A DNA stretch of 64,000 bases from Camelus dromedarius (GCF_036321535.1 NC_087447.1:34350001-34414000); one strand, 5' to 3'. Numbered from the stretch's first letter, positions 48,965 to 62,809 are shown. The notes: generated by a model from the sequence alone, not told the origin. Numbers and translations: made by a program.

Positions 48965-51900
48965 TGTAATGAGTTTTTAAAGCACATACAGGTTGTTGGT
49001 GAGACAAGAACAAGGGCAAACAGTCCAAGCAGGGCAAACGGCAAGGACCAGATGAGAGATACACAGCGAATGGCACTAACTAATCACCCTCCTTCATGAG
49101 AGGCTTGGATGTAGCTTCAAATGCTCCTGCACCCAAGCTCCAGCCCCCTCTGCCCATTTGGAGTTGAATCTGATGTAACATACTTGCCATCTTTAGACTA
49201 GATGGAGCCCCTAGACTCTTGGCACAGTAGGGGCTTTGAGGAGAGGAGCCAGGTGGGCTGCACTGGGCTGGGGGTGGGGCTGGAAGGACGAGCTGGGCTC
49301 CTCCATTAGCTGCCTTGACATTCCAGGGGGGCCGGATGAACCAGCTCGTGGCTGGAAAGTGCTTAGGCCAGGCTGCCGGGGAAGACAGGGTGTCATTACT
49401 TATCCACACAAAGTGCTCCGCGGTTGTTATTTCTTTATTAATAATTTCCTGTGGGCTCAGAAGTGCCCACAGCCACGGCATCACCTCATTGGCCTCTCCC
49501 GCCCCCTCCATGGCCCAGATGCAGCTTCAAAGCCTGGGCCTTCCTTTGGATGCAGAGGGACCAGGCAATTAGCACCCGCCTCCTTCCTCCTCTGCCCAGT
49601 GAGTCAGAGAGGTGCTTCGTCAGCAGCCTCTTTCTGCCAGCCTGGCCCCTGAGGACTCCAGACACCCGTGGTGCGAGGCTGCAGGTGGCGGTGGTGGAGC
49701 AGGGAGCTTCAGAGAGGCTACAGCAACAGGAGAGAGCACAGGTTCCCCCACCCACCCACCCACCCTGCACAGAACACAGAGGCAGACACCTTGTCCCACG
49801 GACACTGATGGAGCTCACACTATATGGAGACCCAGCGGAGACACTGAGGGCACAGCAGTGAAAAGGAGAAGCTTGTGCCCTTCCCCCTGGACCTCACAGG
49901 GAAGCCAGCAAGGCTGAGACTGCATCAGGGGGTTTAGAGCTAGGTGAGGAGGCAGCACGCCCAGACTGTGGGGTTGAGACTTGCTAGAGGAGGGGGCCTA
50001 AGCGGTGATATGATGGAGTGGGGCAGGGGTTACTGGAGGTAAGTGCGGAGGTGTGGGTGTAGAGCCTTCCAGGCAGAGTGATAGCAGAGGCCAGTGTGCG
50101 TGTACATTCGAGGCACTGAGGTTCAGGAGGACTGGGTCACAGAGTGCAGGGTGGGCATGATGAGATGGGGCTGGAGTCCCCATCTTTGTGGTCAGGAGCC
50201 AAATCACATGGAACTTTGTGGCAAGCTGAAAGCAGTAGGTCTTCTGCCTGAGAGCATCAGTGGTCAGAATATGCAGGGGAGTCGCATGATTAGATTAACA
50301 TTTTAGAGAAACTTGAAATCTGGATGCCAAGTGGGATTCCACGTCTGACCCACTGGGCATCACGTAGGACAAGGGAGGAAGGAGTGCCCTCCATCGTGAG
50401 CCATCATGGGTAAGCTGGGTCCACTTGTGGGAACCAGACTTAAAAGGGTGTTGAGTGACCTGAGATTTACTAACAGAAAAAGGAATGGGACCTCCTGACC
50501 AAGCTCAAACCACTCGGCCAGGTGCCTCTGGTTCAAACCTTCCTTGCTCACAAGTAGTGAGCTGCATCACAGGCCGATGTGGCCAGTGGAGGAAGGAGAG
50601 AAAGGTTGTGAGCAGCATGGTACCTGATGCCTGGCACTTAGTAGGTGATCTATATAGTTAGCACTAGAGGAGGCTATGCACAAGGCATAGTGCTTTACAT
50701 GTGTTAACTCCTCTGTCATCCCAAGGCTCTGTGAGAGAGGTGCTGTTGTTATCCATGTTTCACAGGTGCTCACACTGAGGCCCAGAGACACCCAGGCTGT
50801 ACAGCAAGTCAGCAGTAGAGTCATTTTAAATGAATGAGTGAAGGAAAGAAGAATGGAACAAGAAAGGTCATCTGGGGCTTAGGGCTAGGAAAGTGAGATG
50901 AAACAGAGCTGAAGAGATCAAGGCGATGACAGTGAACGTAGGCGTCTTGCAGATGTCTTGTGCAATTAAATGACCTTCTGTACAGAAAGGCCCAGTACAG
51001 CTTCTGACACCAGGAAGTAGTTTGATAAACCTTAGCCGCTGGCTGCACCCTCTCTGCAGCGGGTGCGTCAGCAAAAGCTCTCCATCTCTCTGAATGCTGT
51101 GTGGGTCACTTGTCCATCCCTCCACCTGCTTGTCCTTCATTTTACTGGTACCCCAAGAGGATGGACAATAGAGGAAGACCCAAGGTCTCCTAATTGCCTC
51201 CCATAGGCCTGCAGTGGAGAGGGAATCACTTGGCAACAATGAAACGGGACATTCTTTTCAGTTACAAGTGTTCTGCCTTGACGGAAGCCTATCCAGTACC
51301 CCAGGGGAGACAGCCAGGGAGCCAGCAGCCTCACCTCTGATTTCATGAGCAGATGAGTTGATGGGAAAGCACCTGAACTCTGGGCAGCCAACAGCTTGGT
51401 CACCACAGAAAGGTGGCTCAGTGTCGCCCTCTTCAACCCAGCCTGGAAACTGGGGTCCATGAAGGGCCTGAAAGAGGAGGGACAGAAAGAGGGGGAATCC
51501 CACTCTGGATTGAGATGGTTCAGAATCGACATCGAGCTGCAAGCACACTTCAAACCAGTGGGCTGCAGAGCCAAGGGCACTTTTTAAGGCAATTGATGGA
51601 AATAGCATTTCATGCAGGAAGTACAGATCGTCTTTATATGTGATTTTTAAAATGTTCTCTTTCACATTCCAAAGCAGTTCCCTTCCTGCTCTGCTGCTCA
51701 GATTCCCTGAGTCCTCCTCTGTCTCCTCCCTGGAGGTATCATCCTCTTGGATGTGAGAGGACAGGGGTAGGGGAGACATTCAGTGGGCACGGGGCTCCAG
51801 AGTGGCTCCTCTCCCAGGCCCCCCAGACCCAGACCTGGGCCCTGAAACCCACCAGTCGAGCTGCCTCCTCATCTTCACTCTCTTTCTCCACCTCCTGGTG

Positions 51901-52977
51901 CCCCTAAAGCTCATCGGCGGGGGAATCTGGGAGGCTTTGGCTAAGACAGGCTCCAAGGGAACTGAGGGGCAGTGGATGTGAGGGCTGAAAAAACAAGCAA
52001 GCAAACACCTTGACATATGTGCCTGTGGATTTTAAGTCCCTTTCATGATGTTTGAGAAATACAAATAAAGGACTTAAGCTATGTTGAAATTCCTTCTGGC
52101 TTCTGAACTGTATTCTTTTAACCATGACACTGCTCTGGACCCAAAGCCCGTGGATCACAGCTTTCCCAACTGTGTGCTTCTGGCTCATCTCATGGCAATG
52201 AAAACCTATGAAACACACTGATCCTTGCCCAGCGGGTTCTCCAGTTCCTCAGAGACTAGGCGTTGGCTTGCCTCATTCAATCATTTATTCAGTTCGCTCA
52301 ACAAGCTCTTAACAAGCACCTGTCTTCTAGGACCTGTGCTGGGCACAGGAGATCCAGCGTGGTCCTTCCACCAGGCCCCTAGCCCCTCACCTGGGCCCTA
52401 CAACCCACAAGTCAATCTGGCTTCTCACTCTCATTCTCTTTCCCCGCCTCCTGGTGTCCTTGAAGCTCACCCGTGGGTATTGGCCATTCCAACTGGTGTC
52501 CTCAGGCCTGAAGAGATTGCCAACCTTCCCCCTGAGTCCCTAGTCAGATGCCACATTGAAATCATTTGTTCACACATCTGTCTTCCCTGCCTGACTATGA
52601 ACATCTCAAAGTAAAGGGCCATACCTTACTGAGCTTTGAATCCCCAGAGCCCCAGCATAGGGTCTGGCACAGAGCAGGCATCAGTGAATAATTGTGGAAT
52701 TTGGCAATATCTGTTAGGTCTCATTCCATCAGCCAGCAAAGCAGAGCAGGCACATCCTATGTGCCAGGCACTGGCTCTGAGGCCCGGCCAGTGAGCATGG
52801 TGGACACGGTCACTGTGCCGAAGAGCCAGTGGCTTCTTGGGACTCTGACAATGGGAACAAATAGCAGCGGGGCTGAGCCCAGTCTGTGGGTGAGGGAGCT
52901 GGGGTGGGGTGAGAGGTAGTCTGGAGAAGGCTTTCCGGAGGAAGTGACATTTAAATCAAGTAGGAACTAGCTAGAAT

Positions 52978-53155
52978 CAGCAGTTTTCAGTGCTGGTTGC
53001 GTAAAAAAATAACCCAGAGAACCATATAAAAATATCATGAAAGGCCTCACCCCCAGAAATCCTGATTTGTTGGGTTTGGGGTGGGGCCTGAATATCATCT
53101 TTTTTTTTTTTCCTCTAATGATTCTAATGTGAAAGGCCAGGGTGGAGTCTCACTA
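52978..53155. mobile_element. MER5B-like MITE nested in L2 (L2 ~52720-53300)
   Basis: CTCACCCCCAGAAATCCTGATTTGTTGGGTTTGGGGTGGGGCCTG...TGATTCTAATGTG. Confidence 0.65.
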
Positions 53156-54914
53156 AACTGGATGAAGGCAGAGGTGAAGGTAGAGGGGTGGGGTGAGCAC
53201 GAATATTCCAGGCCAGCATGTGTAAAGGTCCTGAACTGGAAGAGAGCACGGCATAGCCTAGCAACTAAAAGAAGCAAAATAAGGTGGAGGCAAAGACAGG
53301 AGGAGGGGGCATCACCATAGACCCAACCCTCAGTGCGCACCGCGTCCGTATCAGGACGTCACAAGCTGTACAAGCTGCCTGGGAGCCTGCTCGGATACAA
53401 GGGGAAAAGCAAAATTCCGGGCTCAGGCCACCCACGTGTGAGGTCATCAGCCCAAATCTCCCTTGACAGCAGCGATACTGAGTGGTGGTTATTCTCTGCC
53501 GCATACAGGCGGCTGGAGGAAGCGCTGTGAAGAATATCTAGCCAGGTAGGGACAGTGGTGGCACCAGACACATGACTACTGGTTTCTGCAAAGGCTTCAT
53601 GTGGACTTTCTACACCATTCCAGATACGGGTGGAAGGAATCTGGCTTCCGTTACATGTGTTGGGCTCCACTCCAGACCAACTGAATTAGAATCCCTGGCC
53701 AGCGGAGCCAGTGGAAAATCATGGAGAAACAGTAGAAGCCAGCTGATATACTGGAAAGAGCATTTGATTTTAAAATCAGAGAGAACTAGGTTCAAATTCT
53801 GGCCCTGAAACTTTGGTACTGGAACTCATACAGTTATTTAACTGTTTGGAAGGTCAGTTTTACTTTATTTGCAGGAGAGGATTTATAATACCTCCCTTGT
53901 AGGCACTGGGGCGGGGGGGTGGGTGAGATTAGCAACGTGAGGGGTCCAACTGCCTGAGATGGAAGGTTGTTATGATGATGATGGGGTAACCATGGTGACG
54001 ATGATGCTATTTCATTCATTGAAGTTATGTTGTGATTCATAATCCTAGAATGAAATAATCTTCAATTATGGTTGTAACTGATCATAAATATCATATTCAC
54101 ATCTTATACTTTGGTTGATTTAAAATGTTCTTTATAGGAAGATTGATAAGAACACTCTGCCAAAGATTTCATTATTAAATTGATTCTATCATGCTTTTCC
54201 ATTCTTCCAAGAAAAGGTGATAAAAATTTTTGATGGTTAGAAGTTTGAGATATGTTTGTCCTCAAATCCATATCTTACGAATCAAAAGCAAATGGATAAT
54301 ACAGCAATGGTGACTGAGTGTTTATAATCTCTTAAGGCTTTTACATATATTGCTTTTAACATAAGCAACATTCTTTTCAGGTAAATATTAATATCTCCAT
54401 CTTGCAGAAGAGTCAGTTCCTTAGAAAGAACAAGCCACAGGGCTCTTCCCAGGTTGAGCTTTCTGAACGGAGCTGTTGTGGGGAGAAGGAGAGGCTTGTG
54501 AGCTGTTGGAAGCCACATGCAGAGGTGTCAGGCAAGCATCCCCTCAACCCCCCACCCCCACCCCCCGTCTGCCTCTCGACCTCAGAAACAGCTTCTGCCC
54601 CAGAGGCCTGAAAGGAGTGCCAGGTAGCAGTGAGCTGAGGGGAAAGAGGACCCTGGCTGGTTGCCTGCAGCCCAGAGAGTCCAGGGGCCACAGGGTAGGA
54701 GCTGCTGTCCCCAGAGTGGACACAAGCATGCTTCTCGCCTTCTCAGTTTTGTTAAGTGGTCATTTTCATTCTCTTAACTTGGTGCTGCTCTCAGCAATGG
54801 CATTCTCTCTGCACAGCCTCTCAGGCCTGGGGCTACGTCTCCCCCAACCCACCACCCCCAGGAAATGCAGCACAGGTGATAAGCTCCTCGGCTTTCAGTT
54901 TCACAGCTCCCAGG

Positions 54915-55100
54915 TCTGAGCTCCAGTTCACTAGCTGTGTGATGCGATCAAGTTACTTAATTTCTCTGAGTTCTAGGTTTCTCTCCTGTGAAGTGGAGAT
55001 CATCTATCCCTCACACAGCTGCTCTGAGGGCTGAACGTGAGAATGGACATAAATACATCTAGCCCATTGCAAGCACATAGTAGGTGCTCAGTAAGTGTTC
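54915..55100 (+). mobile_element. MIR SINE
   Basis: CACTAGCTGTGTGA...AAGTTACTTAATTTCTCTGAG...GCACATAGTAGGTGCTCAGTAA. Confidence 0.8.
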
Positions 55101-56339
55101 TTCTGTTTCTTCTCCTTCCTTGGGCAGGTGGAGCTCAATATTCTCCTCTACAGCAAGGGCTTCCTGCCATCTTGAAGCCTTGGGGATGTAGCTGCTGGTT
55201 CAAACTCAAGCAAGCTCAGTTTCTACTGAGATTCAGAGTTCTGTCACCCACCCCTTTTCAAAGTGTGCCGGGGCCCTAAAAATGCCAGCCTCATTTCTCC
55301 TGTTTTGGGAGGCTTGTTTTTCTGGTCAACCCTGGAACTTACCCTGTGGGCTGTGGGAGGGGGTGCTTTTCTAAATGGCTCTAAATTATTCTTGGACTGG
55401 TGATCTCTCCATTAATATCCTGCGGACCAGTCATAACCAGGCTGGGACATGCAACAAGGCCACTAAAGGCTCAGGGACAGCAACAGGGAAACACAGGAGG
55501 TGCCAAGAAACTGGTACGTCTGGTCTGTCTTCAGTCTGGGGTCCCTGTTAGCTGCCTCCACACCCAGTTGTGGGACCGACATCCATGTGACAAAGGGTCA
55601 ATGTTCTCCTCTCACTCAAAAGATTATTCAACCAAAATTCTAGGCTAAAAGAATGGGGCTCAGAGAAGGAGTCAAGGGCCAGTTGAAGGACCACCTTTCA
55701 AGTCTGGTCTCCTCCAGTGATTTGAGACTAGGCTTCGCCTTCCCTTTTGAAGGATGGTCTAGTCCCCTTCCTGTCCAGTCATGGCCTTACTCTGTGGGAG
55801 GGAAGGGAGGCTGCATTTCATGCAATACACCAGCTTAGTTGTCAGTGGCTTTCTGGAGCGCTGTGCTGTGTCTGGGCTCTGCAGGAAGGAGTGCTGTCAT
55901 TAATTAGCGATGTCTGTCATGGGGATGGGAGCGGGAGTGGCAGCCACATGCCACAAACTTGTCATCCCTGCCCCACAGCAGAAAACATGCATATTATGAG
56001 TCCACACGCCTAACATCAAAGGTGTGTGGATGTTATTATATGCAAGTCCTTTTGTTCTGCTGAGAACTTTGATAGAATCTGAGATACAGGAGGGGATTGG
56101 GAGCAAAGGGCTGGGGAGACTTGAATTGTTCTGAACAATAGAGGGAGAAAGAGTTTCTGTGCTTATCTGGAAGGAAGGATAAGAGATGAGAAGAAATCTG
56201 GAAGGAAAAGGATAAGAGGTAAGAATAGGAAGAAAAGAGAAGAGGTTACTCGGATGGTGTGGGGCTGGGGTGCTATATGGCGACGTTGACAATGAAAAAT
56301 CCAAACCAGTCAGGCGGTGGGAGGCAGGGGACCACAGGA

Positions 56340-56595
56340 GCAGTTCGGGTGACAGCTCTGGAGTCAGACTGCCTGAGTTCAATTCCTTAGCTCTGCTACT
56401 TGCCAGCTGTGTAACCTCAAACACATTTCCGATCCTCTCCAAGCTTCAGTTTAATCTGTAAATTGGACATAAAAATAGTGTCTAATTCCTAGGGTCTTGG
56501 GGACAATCAAATCAGATAATGTATATAAAGTGTTAACATGGGTCAGTACAATGCCTACCAGATAATAAGCACCCCATAAACATCAGCTTTTGCTA
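56340..56595 (+). mobile_element. MIR SINE
   Basis: GCTCTGGAGTCAGACTGCCTGAGTTCAA...AGCTCTGCTACTTGCCAGCTGTGTAACCT. Confidence 0.82.
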
Positions 56596-57746
56596 TTTTT
56601 ATTTACCACCTATACATAGTATTTAATATTCAATATGAAGTTACATGCATGTCTGAAATACATATCCCCTCTTTGTCTCACTAGCAAATCTTTAGTATAC
56701 TCGGCACACATACCCATTGCCTTGTGTGAAAGAGACTGGGCTTCCAACCCAGAAAAATTGATGCAGAATCAAAGTGAGCAGAATCAGAAAAGGCCCATTA
56801 AACTAAGAGGCAAGAAGGCGGGTCTTAAGGGGACAGTGCAAATGGCTCTCCTACCACGACCCCAACTAGGACTTGACTGAAATTGAGGAGAGCCTTGGAT
56901 CTCCACAGGGCATGGAGTGTAGGGCTCAGGCTAATTGTCTGTGGTCCCCTGCATCAGGAGGGCCCCCAGCTGGCATCAGATCACACGTACATGAAATCAC
57001 GTAGCAAGGGGAAGGTACACCAGGCCGGAGAAAGTAGGTATAAGGGATAGTCCACTTGCCACTGGACCTGGGGTCTGAGTGTCTCAAGCTGGGTGCTGCT
57101 GTATGAAGTTCTATGCTGCTACAGGAATCCCTGAGCCAACGGGCACAGCTTCATCGTAGGGAAGTGGCCAAATGGAAAGAGGGTCCCAGGGCAGGCCTAT
57201 CTGGTGCCATGGGGCTACCAGCTCTGCAGGGCCACACAACCATCCCTCCAGCTGTCTGGCACAAGGCAGTTGGGAGGAATGGGAGGACAGTCAGGGGCAG
57301 GAGGTCCAAATGGAGTCTAAAATGTTGAAAGGCATATAGAAGTAACACTTGCATTCTCTCCTTGAGGACACAGGGACCTGATCTTACATGCGCTGGATCT
57401 CGCCCACCAGTTTCTATCAGATGATCCCATAGCCTGGCTCCCTGTCCCACCCACCTATGGACAGTCTTGGGAAGTCTGCTGCTTTAGTTTGAAATCCAGA
57501 GTGACTCTGACCACAGCAAGTAGCTTTCTGGTGTGGGATCATCTGCCAAGCATAATATTGTTCTTAACTGCTTTGGACAACAACTTTCTGGTCTTTGATG
57601 GTAGAAATCTAGAAATCTAACATTCATTCAATCATTTTTTTCTATTATCTCTGCAATGAACATGTTTTTAAAAACACACAGCAGAGGATCTTTCTCTTCA
57701 GAAGATTTTTTTTAATGCAAAAGATGCTGTAAACTATAATCCAGGC

Positions 57747-57902
57747 CAGAGGTAGCAGATATGTGGCTACTATGCCCCTACTCCCCGTTCCCACACCCAT
57801 AGCAGACATTGCTAATCAAGCACAGCACTCTCTACCACATCCCAGTCAGCCACTGGCAATTGATTGGGTCTGGTGCATAAGTTAAATGTGATTTGATTCC
57901 CA
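57747..57902 (+). mobile_element. hAT-Charlie MITE (MER117-like)
   Basis: CCCATAGCAGACATTGCTAATCAAGCACAGCACTC...CAGCCACTGGCAATTGAT. Confidence 0.55.
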
Positions 57903-58433
57903 ATCCTCCCTCACCTTAAATTCAGGAGATCTGGGTTCCAATCTGACCTTTGCCATTAATTCACTGTGTGCCTCAGTCTCATAATCCATTATATCAGACA
58001 AAGGTCATATGTCCTACCTAACCACAGAGTCTCATTTGAATTAGATGGAAACAGTGAAGTAACACAAAATTAACAATGAAATCCATTGAGTATTAAGTGT
58101 CAGACTCTGCTCAACAGTTTCACACTTGTTCTCTTATTTAGGATCATAGTAACTGTCTACACTGGGCGTGATGTCCTCACTTCTCCTCATAGAAGGACAC
58201 AGTCTATTTAAGGAACTTGCTCTGAGTCACACAACTAGTAAGGGGACAAAGTCGGAATTACAATCCAGGACTTTCTGGCTATCAAACTCCTATTCTTAAC
58301 TTCACAACTTAGTTTCAAAAGCCCTTTGACGAGTTAAAAACACCACACAAACAGAAGATATCCAGGCCTCTTATTATTATGCTATTTTGACTTTGAATCA
58401 TTTCAATACACCCAGTATCAATAATGACACTGT

Positions 58434-58910
58434 AATAATAGCCAAAAAGTGAAAGCAACTCAAGTGTTCTTTGGATGAATGGATAAGGAAAATGTGGTAA
58501 ATCTATGCAAGGGGATATTACTCAGTTTTTAAAATTTTTAAAGGAATGAAATTCTGACACATGGACAACATGGATGAACCCTGAAGAGATTGTGATAAGT
58601 AAAATAAGCCAGTCACAGAAGGACAAACCCTGTATGAGTATACTTACATGAGGGACCTGGAGTCGTCAAAATCATAGAGACAGAAAATAGAACGGTAGTT
58701 GCCAGGGGTTGGGGGTTGGGAGTAAGGGGTAGAAAGTTTATTGCCGAATGAGGATAGCGTATCAGCTTGGGAAGATTAAAAAGTCCTGGAAGTGGATGAT
58801 GGTGATGGTTGCACAACAACATGAATATACTTAATGCCATTGAACTGTACACTTAAAAACAGTTAAAACGGTAAATTTTATGATGTGTATATTTTACCAT
58901 AATTTTAAAG
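58434..58910 (+). mobile_element. L1MB-type LINE 3' end
   Basis: ATAGCCAAAAAGTG...GATGAATGGATAA...CCAGTCACAGAAGGACAAA...GATGGTTGCACAACA...TGAACTGTACACTTAAAA; remnant TSD core TGACACT on both sides. Confidence 0.9.
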
Positions 58911-60124
58911 AGTGACACTACACCAAAGCTCCATTTTCTCTCAATTGTTAGTGTTTGCACAGAAAAAGGCTATTATTATTATTACTACTATTACTATAAT
59001 TAAAAGGGCAATTTTCCATTCTCTAGTGGGGCTACACCACCCTCACATCAGAATCTCAGAGGGACAGACATACATGGTTTAGAAATCATATCCAATATTA
59101 TAGTTTTATATTTAAAAAGCAAAGAGAGTTACCTATTACTTTTGTAATACACCTTGTCCAAATCTTTCAGGCTGGGGGAACACGGAGTCAGAAGGGCTGA
59201 GAAGCCCTGACTCAAAGTGTCCAAAGCTGAGTGTGGCTGGTCATCTCTGGCTTCTTTTAGGATCTGCTGGCCCCTCCCCACCCGCCTGTCTCGCCCTCCT
59301 CCCCAGCGCCCTGCAGACCCCGCGTCTCCTGACCTAGCCTAGTACTGCTGTCTCTCGCTGCCTACTTGTTTTCTTCTGGACCCCACCTCTTGTTACCACT
59401 TGGATGTCAAGTTCAGGAGCCTGTGAATCACCATGTCAAAGACAGGACATGGTGACTGATAGTAGTGACTCACCCCAAACCACACCAGAAAAGGGACCAG
59501 ACCGCACAGGTGATGGGCTCCCAGACGGGGGCCCCGCCCGGTGGGGAGGTCCAGCCCTGTGGGGGCAGCTCCTGGGACGTGGTGGCCTGGTGAGGTCAGC
59601 ATACAGCCAGCCTGCTTCCTCCCATCTGGCAGTGCTGTTTGTCTGGCCTTCGCTGTGCTGCCCAGCCTGATATTATCTGGGGCACTGGACCTGTGTTTAC
59701 TTTGAACAGCTTCTCCTGCCAGACTCCCTCTGGGGAAGGGAACACAAACACAGAGACAGAGGGGACGCCCGCGGTACTCCTCTCCAGAACATTTTCTTTC
59801 CAAACAAAGACTTGTTTGCCTTGAAAGGCTCAATTTCTTAATGATCAGTTAAGGCAGAGAAATGATCAATAGACTAATCACATGAGTAATAATTCTTTTT
59901 TTGTGCGGTACTCACTATATTCAAGTATTATTCTAAGCACTATACACAGGGTCGCTAATTGGAACCTTACAAAAACTCTGTGGAGTAAGACTTCCATTCA
60001 ACTGATGGGGTAACAGAGGCCCTCAGGGCCTAAGTCACTTGCAAAGGGCTACACTGCTAGTAAGCGGTAGGGTCAGGATTGCAACTCACAAAGTCTGTTT
60101 CCGTGTCTTTAGGATCCCAAGGAA

Positions 60125-60820
60125 ACTTAGCTCCAGATGAGAGAATCATCCTTGATTCCACCCTCTCTCTTGCTGGGCAACCCGTATCAATCCATCCACT
60201 TGTCCTTTTGATTCACCCTCCTAAATAGACCTCAAATATGTCCACATATAGTCTAGATCTGAATTCCTGCCTGAATTCCTGCAACTTCTCAAGAGAGTTC
60301 CCTGCTTCTGCTCTGACCATGCTCCTCCAGCCCACTGTCCGGACACAAGCCAGAGTCACCTGTCATTGTCAGAAATCACAGCAGGTTTCCCCTCTCACCC
60401 CCTGCCCAACTTGTACCATCTGGCCGTATCTTATGCTTCCCTTGTCTGCCACCCACTCCATCTGAACTGTCCTCCAACGTTCGTCAAGCTCTTCCCAGCA
60501 TTTGGCCTTCACACACATTCCTCCATCTACCTGGGTCTTGCTGGCTCCTTTCCACCCCAGAGGTCTCTGGTGTAAATGCCAACTCTTTACAAGTCACCTT
60601 CCTTGACTCCTTGTACAACCAGATTCACCTCTGTTTCCTTCATAACATCACAACTTGAAAATGGACATTACACTTCTCTTTTTTATCCATCTTTCCCACT
60701 GGACTCTAAGCTTCACAAGATCAGGGACATGTCTATGGAAGTCACTGATGTATTTCCAGGACCTAATGTTATGACAACAAAGTATACCTGAACTGCTAAG
60801 TATCCATTCACAGAATGTTT
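60125..60820 (+). mobile_element. L2 LINE fragment
   Basis: CATCCTTGATTCCACCCTCTC...CCCACTGGACTCTAAGCTTCACAAGATCAGGGAC. Confidence 0.7.
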
Positions 60821-60938
60821 TTGCTGATTTCTGTCTCCCCCAGGACCAGTGGGGAGATGTACCTGGCTTCCTGATTCCACAACTTTCCTTTGATCCCAAC
60901 GGAGCATGCTTGGTTCTAAATGTCAGCTCAAGTCTAAT

Positions 60939-61133
60939 CAGTGGTGCATTGGTATGTCGGCTCGATGGGGAAAAAATAGCCCCTGATTTGTGGCACTTGC
61001 TGATGGCATGGTGTGAAGACTCCCACTGCAGCTGATTTCAAGCAACAAGGTGACGTCAGTGAAGGCAGAGTCGGGAAGAAATGCATGCAATTAGCTCTCA
61101 TGAGCCAGGAATAGCCTGCTCCCGCACACCCTA
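60939..61133. mobile_element. MER63A (hAT-Blackjack MITE)
   Basis: CAGTGGTGC...GCCCCTGATTTGTGG...GATTTCAAGC...GTGACGTCA...GGGAAGA...CACACC. Confidence 0.8.
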
Positions 61134-61429
61134 ATATTCAGAAGCCACTTGAAGTTCAGCCCTGGGTGTGGCATAATTAAAAGAACAAGGGCATGGAAGG
61201 TTGATTTGAGTTCAAATCCTCAGCTATACACCTACCTTCGCTGAACTACCTATTTTTTTTTTTATCTATTAGATACATAAAGTAAGTTCTACCCACTTAG
61301 CTGCATTGAGAAGTACAAACAAAAATCATACATAAGTACCTGCCACAAATTGGATGCTCAGAAAGGCATGACCATGAAGGTAGTCTTCCTGGTCTACCCT
61401 AGACTCTCCTGCTTTTTCCAACTCTAAAT

Positions 61430-62340
61430 ATTGCAGGGCCAGGTTGAGCCCTCGGCCTTCCTCTTCTCTAGCCATACTCAATCCAGTTCCCATGGATTTA
61501 AATGCCCAGATTTATACCCCCAACCTGGACCTCTCCCCTCAACTCTGAACCTGCAGGGCTAACCTCCTGCTCAACAGTATCACTTGGATGTCTAGGAGGT
61601 GTCTCAGTGCATCACAGTCAAGACAGAACGCCCCTGCAGGCCTCCCCCCACCCAGAATTTTTCACCTGAGTAAGTGGCTTCTCTGTGTTCCCAGTCGTTC
61701 AGGCTGGAAGTCCGGGTGAGAGCCCGGGTGCTTTGCCTCTCACACCCCACATCCAAAGTATCAGTAAACACTGCCAGCTCTGCCCTTAAAATACGCCCTG
61801 ACTCTGATCACTTCTTAGCTTCTCTGCTGTCACCACCTTAGTCAAGCGACCATCATTTCTGTCTCTAGAGTAATGCTTCTCCTAGGAATCTTCTGAATAT
61901 GCAGGGCAAGGCCTGAGGGTCTGCATTTCTAGCAGGTTCCCAGGTGATGTGGGTGTTGCTGGTTCCCCGGGCCGCAGAGAAGCACCCACCCTCTGACGAG
62001 TCTCCTTGCTTCCACTCTTGCCCACTTACTAATGGTAGCTAGAGGGATCCTATAAATCATAAACCAGGTGATATCACTCCACTGCTCAAAATCCCCTAGT
62101 GTCTTCCCCTTCAAACAGGGAGTGAAATCCAAAATGTCAACTCGACCTGCACGTCTCAGCATAATCTAGCTCTGAGCTCCCTCCCCAGCCGCCGTCTCCC
62201 GCGCTCACTGCACTTCGCCAAGATGGCCTTCTCTCTGTCCCTCAGACACACCAAACACACCAAGCTGCCTCCAGCCTCAGGGGCTTTGCATCTGTTGGTC
62301 CCTCTGTCCAGTGAACGCTGACCTGGAGATTCCAGTACAG
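61430..62340 (+). mobile_element. L2 LINE fragment with a nested MER5A-like piece (~61870-61990)
   Basis: CACTTGGATGTCTA, ATCACTCCACTGCTCAAAA, CCTCAGGGGCTTTGCA L2 motifs; TCTGCATTTCTAGCAGGTTCCCAGGTGATG MER5 motif. Confidence 0.72.
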
Positions 62341-62809
62341 CATGAAACTCTGAGAAAACAAGTGAGTTGGATTCCCTCGGGAGATGCAGGCTGGGCCTTG
62401 GCCATGGAGGACAGACACTGGGGCTCCTCCTGCAGCCTGTCTCCCTGGAAATGGAGGTCTCTATGCTCTGTCACACTGCGTTCTGTCATTTCCGTTTGCT
62501 GTTTAGAGAGAATCTTAGGTTGAAGCTGTGATGTAAGATCACGGTACTCAGGGCCACCGGACATGGCCAAGCCCCTGCTCAGAAGGGTCTTCTCAAGGCA
62601 AATGCCCTGCAAATAATCCTCCTGCCCCTCATCAGAGATCGGACTCCTTGGAAACCAAGAGAATGGCTGGACAAAGTTCCTTCTCCAATCAGGGGCCCAG
62701 AGAGTGCTAGGCTGCTGTTTGATCTCTGCAGTCATCCCTAAAGCTCTGTCCTGTCAGGTGGCAAGAGGTGGAAAGCAGAGCTCACTCTTCCCTGGAGGTT
62801 CTGGGGTCA

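Noticed and set aside
2331..60895. TCF/LEF motifs (e.g. 2331, 17890/17944, 56013, 60887), of interest because NAV2/HELAD1 is linked to APC/beta-catenin
   Set aside because: About ten CTTTGAT hits by eye is close to the ~8 expected by chance in 64 kb on both strands; no clear enrichment
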